From assembly GCA_010093815.1 (NCBI GenBank), contig ML996572.1: a stretch of DNA of 64,000 nucleotides; one strand, given 5' to 3'. Below are positions 14,142 through 25,337 of this stretch, piece by piece. The stretch's first letter is position 1. Every line of letters begins with the position of its first letter. Origin of the DNA: Pseudovirgaria hyperparasitica (Eukaryota). Under the pieces are notes generated by a model. The model was given only the letters and a program-made list of their open reading frames with translations. It searched no databases and was not told the DNA's origin. The translations under genes were made by a program, and so were the position numbers.

Positions 14142-14369
14142 TATAAGAATAGAGTTATTAGATAGTAGTATAGTTAGATAGAATAATAGAGTATATTCTA
14201 TTATAGAACGAATTACTACTAAACTCTTTCGGTAGAAATCTAAGAGTATATATATAAAGGGACGCCGATCTATCTAGCACGTAACTATTTACCGCCCTTT
14301 ACGTTACCTCCTAACCCTGTTAGCTAAGGTATATATAGGTCGGGTTCTACCTAAGGCTAAGTCCTAATA
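14142..14369 (-). repeat. 5' LTR of family A copy 2 (228 bp) with TATA-like box near 14247-14257
   Basis: Direct repeat of 7763-7990, flanked by the TAGAC TSD. Confidence 0.95.
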
Positions 14370-15778
14370 TAGACTATATAAACTAATTTCTACTTATTAG
14401 AAATTAACCTCGTATAAGAGTAAGACTACTCTATAAATACATTTCTATATCCCTCTATGAACTATTAGACTACTATTCTACGTCTTTACTTATTATAATA
14501 TAGAACTACTTAAACTTTATAAAGAAGCCCTTTATCTCTACTACGTCCTCTACTATAATATATATAGACTCTTATACCTTCTACTTTATCTTTTTATACT
14601 TAGAATTACGTACTAGCTATTATATAACCTAGTTACATCTAATTAGACGTGGTATATAGTTAAAACTAGGCTTAGTATTATATATAAGAATACTCTCTAT
14701 AGTACTCTAAATCTACCTAATTAAAGTAGATATACTAATCTTATTATAGTAGTATATATACTCCTTAAGGGTAAGCTCCTTCTAAGGATTAAGTCTATTA
14801 GAAGTCTTAGTTTATATAGTTTTTAGTAGTCTACTATAACTATAATATAAGATATAATAGTATATAGCGCGATAATAACGCGCTAATACTACTAATAATC
14901 TAAATTTTATGTCCCAAAAGTCACGAATAGTAGATTAGATCTTCTCCGCCTTATTTTAATATATATAAGATACTTTAGATATAGTAGTATTACTATATTT
15001 AAATATATTATCTATATAGTACTATTAAAGTGTATATGTACGTTTAAGTCGGGAGCACTTCGGAGGTTATAACTCCGAAGTGCGTGGGACGGGTAGGGTA
15101 GAACCCTGTTCAATCCTTCCTTTAAATTGATCTGCTCGAATCACCTCATCATTACATTTGTCCATATAGCTTCTGTGTACTCGCGGACTGCACAGCCAAG
15201 GGTGTAAACTATACTTTACATAACATAGACATTCTACAGTCATATATAACATCTCATAGAAAGGCGCTTCCCTCCCAAGAAAGTATTCAGTCGCAATTTA
15301 AATAGCCCAGATAACCACCATACACGTCAGAAAATCATCAGTCTACAAAAACGTATGCTCAAGTCAAAACAAATATGAGCCATTAATGCAGCAACGCATC
15401 AATGATGGGAAAGAAGTGTAACTGAAGAGGCTAGAGAGTCATGCAACGTTGCGTACAGTTAAGTCAATGATACAGGAAGTCACGAGCGAAGCACTGCCTT
15501 CTGGCTGCTAGAGAGCATGCTCGGCACTAACTCATGACAGTTCCGGGGGTCTATGATAGCTTCTTCCTGTACCACTACGTAGCGTGAAAAGTACTAGCAG
15601 GGTTGGCATGTCAGCTGGCGGATATGAGGCTGAGGGGAACAATAAGATGAGGGATGTGTATCTAATTTGGGGATCCTGTAGAGTAAGTTATGTGGATCTA
15701 GGGGTGATGCTGCTCTCGAGGCATTCAATCCGATTCTCGGCTGTCGCAGCCCTAAATCCGACGGCTGTGCCTACACAT

Positions 15779-17470
15779 CTAAACTGTTGCCAGTGTAACT
15801 CTGAGTTTGAATTTGGTATTGAAGGCCAACTGCCGCACAAACCAGCCATTATCGGTCACCCACTCCTTTTCTGGTTGATCAAGTTCGATCTGCATAACAA
15901 TATGTCAGTCACCATCACGAACACACCCATTATTCCTACAGAAACTCACCTCAAACCTCCTCAGAAAACTCGGAACCAACTTATATACCTCCAACAGACT
16001 AATATTTCTCCCGATACATGTCCTTGCTCCTGCGCCAAAGTGAAACATTGTTGCTTTCATGTCCCTCAGTTTTTCCGGCTTCGCGTCAATCCACCGCTCA
16101 GGTCTGAACGCATCAACGTCCTCTCCGAAGACCTCTGGACGTCGGTGTAGGACCCAAGCGTTGCAACCCACAATTGTGCCTCCAGGGATATGCTCGTCAC
16201 ATATGGTTATTCCTTTTGCTGGAACAACACGTTCAAGGAGCAAGCCAGCCGCAGGATGAAGACGAAACGATTCTTGGATGACTGCGTCGAGGTAAGGCAG
16301 TTTTTGGGATTCAGACCAGGAGACGAGGCCATTGTCCCGGGATTCAATTGTACCGTCTAAGACAGCGGCGTCGAGCTCGGCCATGAGCTTATTGTATGCG
16401 ATGGGATTGCGTAGCAGGTAGTAGAATACAGCGGAGAGGGAGATGGCGGTGGTTTCAGAGCCGGCAAAAACCATACTGACGCAGGAAGTCAAGACCTGTG
16501 TATCGGTCATGAATTGTGGGTGGTCGTGTGCTGCGGCGTTGAATTTGGAGAGGAGGTCAACGCCGCCTTTGTTTCCTGACGCATCTGCCGGGAGGCCGTT
16601 TTCTTTGATCTTCTGCATCTCGACAGCGCGTTCTTGCGAACGAGATAGAGCAAACTGTGTTATAGGAAAGACATTTTTGCTTAAACCCCATCTTTCAGCG
16701 AGAAGTTTGAGTGGGTTCTTTTCTAATAAGAGGTCGATGATAGGCATTTGACCCACCGGGCCGGCGTAGCTGAGGAAGCGGAAGAGGAAGGCGATGACAC
16801 CGTCTACGTCTTCATTTTTCTCGACGAAGCCGAGACGTTTGCTCCAGGTAAGGTCACCAATGACGTCGAAAGCAAAGAACTGGAGCCACTGAGAGAAGTT
16901 GCAGCATCGGTTTGTCTGCACGTAGAGGCGCTCTGTCTGGTCGAGGAAGATGGTCAGGGTGGAGTTGACTAAAGGCTCGTATGAAACAAGGGAGCTCATA
17001 GCAAAGGCGCTGTTGACGCAGCGTCTATATTTGGCGTGGTAGTCTTCATCTGTGGTTGAAAACAGACTTGGTAAGCGCCTCCCTTTGGACGTTGCTTGTT
17101 GTACGGGGTAGAAATCGGACTGTGACCGGGTCAGTGTTGCTTATTTATATCTTATCAGACGTACTTTGACGAATCCCTTATTGAGACCATAAATGGATTT
17201 TATTGCCTTAGGATCTGCAAATGAGAGCACATTGGGGGCCAGGCGGACGATATCTCCAAGCTCTTTGTGTAAACGTATGTGAGTTTGCTCAGGCTTTCTA
17301 CCAAGAGCATCAGAGAACCTCCACAGATCGGTGTATGATGCCAACCAGGGGCCTGGATATTTGCTGAGACCACGCTGATACTTGTTCCAAACAAAATATG
17401 CTGGGACTAATATGCTTGATATGAGGAACCAGTGATGGGACGCAAATGCGACAACATCGTTAACAATCAT
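15779..17470 (-). CDS. Cytochrome P450 monooxygenase, pisatin-demethylase-like, ~528 aa. Exons 17470-17165, 17119-15950, 15889-15779
   Basis: N-terminal TM anchor plus PGP motif, I-helix AGSETT, ExxR (ESFR), PERW and heme loop FGAGARTCIG. Two GT-AG introns join in frame. Confidence 0.93.
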
Positions 17471-18512
17471 GATATGAAGCGTCGGACACTTTGGAAGTAA
17501 CACGATTTATGCCCTATAAGAGAAATAGAAGAAGTAGGGGCATACAAGTGCTAAGAGCGACGTATATTAACATATGCTTTTCATGGATCTAAATTTAGGA
17601 TCCATATGTATGTGAACACCAAGTACCTATGTACCGCCAAAATCCGAAATGTCGCGCCTGACAGTCACGAGTGCGATACAGCGGAGTTCGGCAGTTGATT
17701 GTCGGTCAAATTGTGGAGGTAATATGTAGTGTGGACGGCTTGAGGGAATGTGGGGAAGCTTGAGTCGCAGAGGATTTCCTACACAGCCAACCAGAACTTG
17801 ATACAATCTATAGCCCTGTTGGCCTAGCAATAGGCTCGATGGACTTACTCAGAGCCCGAACTGCGACTCACAGATATAATGGAGTGAAAGCAGCGATATA
17901 ACTGCAAACTAACACATTCCCTTTGCTACCCAGTACTGATGTCTCCGTCTTGCAACTGCCGAAGATCGCGACCTATGGTGGCCATGCGACGTGTACAGCA
18001 TGTGCTACGTGTACATACCGGCAGATGAACAAGGCCGAAATCTCGAATGATTTTTCTTGCTCTCGGATCGCACATGTAAATTGATGCCTGCGATCTCAGA
18101 GAGAGAAGGACAGTTGGAAGCCCGCGCGCGCGAGAAGCATTCTGGGGATTCGCAATCCCTCCAAGGTCAAGGATCAGAGAGTTAGCAAAGTTGTCGTAAC
18201 TGAACCAAAGGCTAACGCGTGGAAGAGGCTGTAGGAGATATTTCGATGCCTTGCTCATATGGCTATGATGATGTTGTGGTGTTGCAGGTGCAGGCTGCTC
18301 AATCGTATTACTAACTTAGGACAACGCCACCTACGGCAGGCAGCCTGGAGGGAGTGTTTTTCTTCGCGACGTCATTCCGGTCACAAATCTCCAGGCTTCT
18401 TCAATTCCACAAGCGCATGTCCCCTCCGGCTATTCGTCTTCACCATTCTCCTACCCATAAACTCTCTGCCTTTGTCCTATACTCAAACATCCTGTCACCA
18501 TCATCACTCAAC

Positions 18513-19520
18513 ATGGCGACGCGAAGAAATCATACCTCGACCTCGCACTCACATTTTGTCGACCGCACAATTCCGTCGGCCACACCTACACTGCAAGCCC
18601 AGCAACGGTCCCCCTTCCTCCCGACCCGCCTCGAAGCCCTGCTCATCGCAATCTACCCGACGACCCTCTTCCTGGGCTCACTATTCAGCACACTTTCCAG
18701 CACAACCCGATCCGCTCCTTACTCATCCGCCCTCCAATCACATCCTCCCGAATCCGCGCCAAGCTACTTCGCACAGAAGAAAAACATCTTCAACGTCTAC
18801 TTCGTGAAGATTGGTTGGTTCTGGACCACACTCGCGCTCCTGGTATTTGTTGTCACCAACCCGACTCTCGGACCTCCACTATGGCCCTCATTAACGAGGA
18901 GGAGGGCACAGAGTGTACTGAGGTGGGCTTTGGCGACATGCGTGTGGATGTTTACGACACAGTGGTTTTTCGGGCCGCCGCTGATCGATCGTGGGTTCCG
19001 CATCACGGGGGGCATTTGTGAGATGTTGATCGATAGCGATGCCGCAGAGACAAAACCTTTGCTGAGAGAGGGCAAGGAGATATTGACGAGTGCAGCGTGT
19101 CGCTTCGCGGGAGGTCGATGGAATGGCGGGTACGATATCTCGGGACATGTTTTCTTGCTTATCCTCGGTAGCGCGCTGCTGTGGTTAGAGATCCTGCCGG
19201 CGATGTCGAAGGCGGAGGGCTTGCGGGATGGTAGGAGTGTGCAGTTACAGAACGGACGTGTTGCGACGGCGGCGAGTGTGAAGGATACTAGGGATACGGA
19301 AGGGGATGGCGATAAAGACGTAACTGGGTACGGCGTTAATGTTGCGCTCGGCATTGCTGCACTCATGTGGTGGATGCTGCTCATGACCGCTGCTTACTTC
19401 CATACTTGGCCCGAGAAATTCACGGGACTTTTGGTTGCATTTGGTGGCCTTTACGTCATATACTTCGTCCCTCGGGGCGTGCCCATCTTGAGATCAATAG
19501 TAGGCATGCCAGGAGTTTAG
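18513..19520 (+). CDS. SCS3: FIT-family ER membrane protein (acyl-CoA diphosphatase, Scs3/FIT2-like)
   Basis: Motifs YFAQKKNIFNVYFVKIGWFWT, TQWFFGPPLIDR, GYDISGHVFLL and MTAAYFHTW; several TM segments. Confidence 0.93.
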   Translation: MATRRNHTSTSHSHFVDRTIPSATPTLQAQQRSPFLPTRLEALLIAIYPTTLFLGSLFSTLSSTTRSAPYSSALQSHPPESAPSYFAQKKNIFNVYFVKIGWFWTTLALLVFVVTNPTLGPPLWPSLTRRRAQSVLRWALATCVWMFTTQWFFGPPLIDRGFRITGGICEMLIDSDAAETKPLLREGKEILTSAACRFAGGRWNGGYDISGHVFLLILGSALLWLEILPAMSKAEGLRDGRSVQLQNGRVATAASVKDTRDTEGDGDKDVTGYGVNVALGIAALMWWMLLMTAAYFHTWPEKFTGLLVAFGGLYVIYFVPRGVPILRSIVGMPGV

Positions 19521-19783
19521 ATCACAAGATATTGGCCCGTAGACGGACTCGTAATTCTGCCCGGCTAGCATTATCTCATCTCAAATCAAGACATTATGTC
19601 TATAATTAGTAATATGAATGGATGTATGTGTACGCCTATCATCTTCTTCGATATACATGACATGGTTAGTTAAAAAGTTGTGCAGGAGCACTCCATGAGT
19701 CCACACAAACAGGCTCACCCAAACACCCACTGGCTGGGCGCGTAGATACAGTTCGCTGTACCCTACACTTGTACCATAACACA

Positions 19784-20674
19784 CTAACATGCGCAGCCCT
19801 CTTTCGCACCAGCCGGATCCTGTCCGCCAGTCAAGTTCACCCTGCTAGTATCCTCTGGCCTGCTGCCACCCAGATTTGTGTTACCACCCACACCACGCGG
19901 TCCCTTCAAACTAGTCTCCGGAATCGCATTCGCAATCGCCGTAAAAACCTCTGCAACATTTTGCCCGGTCTTCGCCGAGGTCTCAAAAAACAAGAGACTC
20001 TCCTCATCCGCATACCCCTTTGCCGTCTTCGTAGGCACCTTGCGCGCATTCGCATTCTCGTTCTCTTCGCTCTCAGCTACCTCCTCATCACCCTCCGTTG
20101 TACCCGCTGCATCAGCATCAGACTCATCATTTGTGACAGGAGAGTCGTCGGAGGCTAGGTCGGCCTTGTTACCGACGAGCGCAATTACGATGCCTGGAGA
20201 GGCTTGACGCTGGAGTTCGGCAACCCAGTGTTGGGCTTTTGTGAGAGACGTAGGCTTCGTAATGTCGTAGACGACAAGTGCGGCTTGGGCGTTGCGGTAG
20301 TACATGGGCGCCAGGCTGGCGAAACGTTCTTGGCCGGCGGTATCCCAGATCTCGAATTTGATGGTACGGGTTGGGAGATTGCATTTTTGAGTAAGGAAGG
20401 CGGCTAGAAGGGAATGTCAGCCAGTTCGGATTCAACCAGTACGTTCTGGTAGATGATCAATTGCGTACCCCCTATTGTAGGCTCTTTATTTTCTTGAAAA
20501 TCATTATTCACAAACCGCATGACGAGCGAGGACTGCGATACTTTATCAGTAGGGAGATCAAGAGCGCAGCATACTGATCAACATATAACGGACCTTTCCT
20601 ACTGCAGCTTCACCCAAAAGTACAAGCTTGACGCTGCTGCTTGGCTTAGGCGCTGTGGCTCCTGAGTCTGCCAT
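19784..20674 (-). CDS. VPS21: Rab5-family small GTPase (Vps21/Ypt51-like), 3 exons
   Basis: Spliced product gives [52 protein letters not shown] and the C-terminal CAC prenylation motif. Exon 1 is 20674-20594. Confidence 0.92.
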
Positions 20675-23600
20675 CGTTGGTAAGTTTGATGATCGGTGCC
20701 TGGTATGAGATGTCGAGATTAGGGGGCTTCGAGATAGTTGAGATCAAGCGGTTTTGGACAATCCTTAAGAGAGTGCTATCGCGACTTAGGCGTTGAGTGA
20801 CTGGCGACTGTGTCGAAACTGTAGAGGTCTCGGCGATGAATATGGATGGAGGTCGGGTGGTTGCGAGTGACGAAAGCAGTCACGTGCTACTTGGCGCGTC
20901 CACACGGTTCGTTCAGTCGCGTCTCCCGGGCATCAATTAAAACACGAGCGTTTCCTGCACTCTAATAATATTTCACATCGCATGTAAGCTAACATTGGCA
21001 CGACTCCTCTTGCTTCACAATGATTTACTGCCGGTTAGGCAGGGATGTTGTGATTTTACATGGCTTCAAACATCCACCGACACGACACTTACGGAGTGAA
21101 AGAGCATAGACGGGCAGTCCTTCCCTCAAGAATGCAAAGACTGTCATCTGGATTCAGACCAAGTCATTTTACAATTACCACAATGATAGGTATCAGTTCA
21201 TCCACACGAAAACCCTCATTGTTACACTAAAGACATTTCACAATACACTCATTCATATGGTGTACTCTGTCCTGACCGTAGATAGACATTAGGTTACCAA
21301 CTGGTGGACTCGCCGCCGTATTATTTGTCCTATGGACCGCAAGGGTGAGGTGTTTGTCGAAAGTAAGGATCAAGAATGAAGAACAACTGATGGTTATTAA
21401 CAAGGGTCTGAATACAGTATTCGAAACCCACATACAGGCCTCAGGCTCACCATATACGAATCCGACGGTGATCGCTAGACGCTCATGCATAACATGCGTG
21501 CACAGATACTGGAGCGACCCCCAGAGCAGTCTCGTCTCTCGTCTTGGCGAGCGGCCCGCCGTCTGGTGATTGACTGATCGGCAATGCGACGCATACAGTA
21601 AGGAGGGATTTAATTCGCGAAGCGATCGAAGCGCGGCTGGTTGAGTGCTCTCCTAGTGGATGATCAATTTCCCGTGCAGAGATCAGCTTCCCTTTCTTGC
21701 GTCCTGGCCATTCCTGGCCATTGCTTATGGCTAGTCCAAGTGATCAAGGCTATTGCCAACAGCGAACCTACGGCTGGTTCAGGAACGCGCGCGTGTTTCT
21801 TTGTGATCACAGCAACATGAGCGTGTGGTTCAATCTGTTCACCCTCGGAGCTGTCGCGTCTAGGAACAGCTTTTGTATACGGTGCGTCGCGTCACCGCAG
21901 AACATACATCCAACAAAATCATCATTCTGCAAGAAATGGCTCGGTACGGAATCCTGCAAGGAGCTGTCAAATCAACGATGTAATATCGAAACACAATCTG
22001 GCATGGCTACATCCTACGGCAGGATTTCTACGGTGTCGCGATTCGCACGCCACCATTGCGCGCGTGCACAATTTTATTTCTCCACTCTGGCACTATCTCG
22101 CACCAAATTTTTTCGCGAGGTTGACATTAATTATTCAGCGCGTTATCGGAGCTGATTGCGGCTGACTCCGGTCTCGTCTGACAAAGCAATAGCAATACCG
22201 AGATGTGTGAGCTTTGACTTTTTTGATGGGACCCCAATAGCACAGCAATGCTTTGGAGATCTCGGATCGCTATGCATCGTATCCTATACATCTACTCTGG
22301 CCTCTTTTCATATATTGGAGCGCATATTCCCCGCCGCAAACTTGCAAGGTGGCTTGAGAGGGGTAGACGCCGGATGGCGTTATACCATTACTTGGGCCAG
22401 GCGCACGGATAATGTTAGTAGCTAAGGCTTCAGATCGGGATCGAGAGCGAGCTTGGACTGTCTGTCTCGTTGAATTTGGGGGCTTGGACTTGATCACGAG
22501 GAGACCGCAACGCGTATGCTGGATCTGTCTTGGAACCTGGGACAATCGCCACAGGCTACTGTTCGGAGAAGTGTCTGCCCTGTGTGAGTGCAAGATACTG
22601 CACAGCTCCTGGCAACGCATCTTTCACAGAGCATGCAACTTGGAGTTCTGAGAGCATCACCTATACCTCTCTATGCTAGTCGGGATGGGGATCGACCTCT
22701 GCTAATTGTAGAGCCTTGCGGGCCAACTATTAGTGTACGACTCAATTGCGGAGAGACTATCCAATATCGATACCAGCATCTTCCGCTTGCTCTCGGGGCA
22801 CGATGCTGTCTCTACTATGGTATTCGGGGGTCCATCAGGGAAATGTCAGCGCTGATCTCGACGTTGCAGGGGTCCCAATCAGCTCCACGCCTGTCAATTC
22901 GCAAGACAGGGCAGGCCGGCCGGGGTCGTTTGACCAGCGAGCAATCTTTCTCCACTTTGTGCACATGGAGCCTGGATGTTGTGTGCCGCTAGCTTATGCT
23001 CGGGATGGCATTTCTTTGTTCTCTGGCAGCACCGCCATGGCAATTGATGCTGCAAGCCGTGGGAGGTGATGGGCGTGGCCTCTGTCTCATTAGAGCCGCT
23101 GGTCTTGACACTAACCTCCTGGACGGACAAGGCCAAAGCTACGAAGCGTGTCGAGTGGTGAGAGCGAGCATATAAGCCCGAATTGATTGATTGATTGCTT
23201 GCTCGGGAAAGGAAGAAGCAGAGGCAGTGGCCCGGTTCCTTACTTTGTTGGCGCCATCGCCTGGTGAGGTACGTCTTGCGCGCTAAGCCCAACTCAAACG
23301 TCTCATGCGCCGTCCGGGCAGGTGATTGACTGCGGGTGACCAGACTGGCACATTACTACTATTGTTTTGGTATAGTAGTAGTAGCCACTCGTCTTCTCCA
23401 CCCAAATAGCTCCAGCTCACCACACTTTCTGGAATTCTGAGTCCGACAACCTCACTCTCCTTTTCTCTCTTCATTCTTTCACGGCTTCAATCCTTCAGAG
23501 GAGTGCATTTGCTTGCTTCAAAGAACCCCCCTGGATCCTGGCACCGCTGAGAGACCATCAACCCTGTAGAGAACACTTTCCCCGCTTAAGCTGCGCCGCA

Positions 23601-23870
23601 TTCCACCACCTTCGAACTTTTTGTTCGGCTTCGTAACTTTCACCCGGGGATCACTTCAGCTCCAGCTCGAGTTTTAGTAGACGAAGTCACCTTCTACACG
23701 CTGGTGGCCTGGACCTTTTCCGTACGGAGACTGCCTTTCTATTACTTTTCTCACCACTGCGACCCTTATCAGGCTGTGCAACACCAACGCGGCATTTTTC
23801 GCCCGACCTCTACTTGGTCGAGCTCTAGAACCTCGGACCAACACCAATATATATTCGATCAATCCTCACT

Positions 23871-25337
23871 ATGACCACCGCAAAGGTAAGCCTGTGGACA
23901 AATTGTCGACATGGAAGCATTGCTAATATAAATTTCCTGCAGGATGCTACGGCCAGACCGACAAGCCAACACAGGCCCTCTTTCGGATCTACGGCGTCGA
24001 GCCTGCCCCCGCATAAGTCGCGAACGCATTCACACTCTTTATCCATGGGCTCCTTGGGTGCCGCACACCGCGTGTCACGTAGAAAGAGCATGTCCTCATC
24101 CGCCCACAACAATGCAGCTATGGCTGCAGCAATGAAGGAGAAATTTCTCGAGACCAGCCGCCGGCCGTCCAAAGCCAGCCTCAGAGGGTCCAGCGCTGGT
24201 AATCACTTATCACCAGGCAGTCTCCCGCACGTTGGTAATGGTTTTGGGCCCTCCAGCTACGCAGGGGTCGGCGCCAAGACCAGCCCGGGAACCGCCATCA
24301 CCGATGGTCCATCGCTGTCTGCTATGCCCGCAGGCGAAAAGGGCACGAGCAAAGCGCGGATACGTCGCGCAAGCGAAGGCTCGCGGAAGCGAGTGACCCA
24401 CGGTGAATTGCGGTGCGAAAACTGTGGAAAAGGGTACAAGCATAGCAGCTGTCTCACAAAACATCTGTTAGTATACCTCGGACCCTTAACCCACATTTTC
24501 CTGAGACTGGCTCCCCTCCATTTCTCCTCAGCCCACTGGTCAATAATAAAGGTATGAATGTGTTTCACTAACGAATATAGTTGGGAACATACACCGCAAT
24601 GGGGTGTGACTTCGAAATTGCTGATTTCCAAGCATCAACAAGTGCAAATGCTTGAAGCTGCATCTGTGCTCGTTGCCATGAACCAAGAACCTGAAGAGAG
24701 CAAGTATAGCGACCATTCGTCTGCTTCGCCGCCTGCTTCATCTTCAGACGCTAGAGAGGATAGTGTTAGCTCTACGGAGACCAGTCCGGGCCCTGAGACC
24801 TACACCGCGAGGAATCCCCACCGTTATAGTGGCGCCAGCAGTGCCTACTCTCACTCTTATCAGTCCGGTAACTCCATCTTCTCGGAAAGCGCTCCATCCC
24901 AAGGTTTCGCTTCTCACCACCGCCAATGGAGCAGTGACGGCCGCCCGACTACATCGGGAACGTCTATCGCCGGCTCCAATTACGGCGGTGATGATGAATC
25001 TGCCGACCTAGTTGCCGCTGTCAACCTCCTTAGCTGCAGCCAAGGCAGCAACAAAAGCGGACCGACTCTGCTGCCTCCGGATGTTCCACCCGTTCCACCT
25101 GTGCCTGCGCGTTACTTGGATAATGGAATAAACAGGCTCTCCGGAAGCCAAGCAACCATCACTCCACGCAAATCGCCCCTACCAGACCAGCGGGCATACT
25201 CGTGCTACCGTAACGACAGCAGGGATGTTCGCATGCGCGAGGATGACGACAGTGAAGACGATTTCGATCAGGGCCATGCAGCGCGAAACCGTGTCGACGA
25301 GCATGAAGATCTCATGTTCGGACGAATGGAAGAGTAG
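23871..25337 (+). CDS. Fungal C2H2 zinc-finger protein (putative transcription factor). Exons 23871-23885, 23943-24466, 24581-25337
   Basis: Splicing of GTTAGT...CTAAC...TAG completes CENCGKGYKHSSCLTKHLWEH, followed by SKHQQVQMLEAASVL. The flanks are Ser/Pro-rich. Confidence 0.88.

Larger units (their letters stand above)
7763..14369 (-). mobile_element. Full-length Ty3/Gypsy chromovirus LTR retrotransposon (family A, copy 2), RIP-inactivated, gag-PR-RT-RH-IN-CHD; contains an assembly gap at 8937-9141
   Basis: LTRs at 14142-14369 and 7763-7990. TAGAC TSD at 7758-7762 and 14370-14374. PPT immediately inside the 3' LTR. Degenerate zinc knuckle (~12810-12860), protease AL.DTG (~12640), RT YLDD (~11630), RNase H TDAS (~11140), integrase (~9400-10400) and chromodomain (~9200-9300). 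Confidence 0.95.
1..15050. other. AT-rich RIP-mutated repeat block (heterochromatin-like island)
   Basis: CpA/TpG nearly absent, TpA strongly enriched, no ORF of 60 aa or more in the ORF track, and degenerate retrotransposon motifs are recognisable. Composition returns to normal near 15050-15250. Confidence 0.95.

Noticed and set aside
7763..14369. Dating the insertion from LTR-LTR divergence
   Set aside because: The differences look dominated by RIP transitions, so a neutral clock does not apply.
24467..24580. Nested (stwintron-like) splicing or a microexon in C2H2 intron 2 via the internal AG|GTATGA
   Set aside because: The resulting downstream intron would be only ~29 nt, which is too short.
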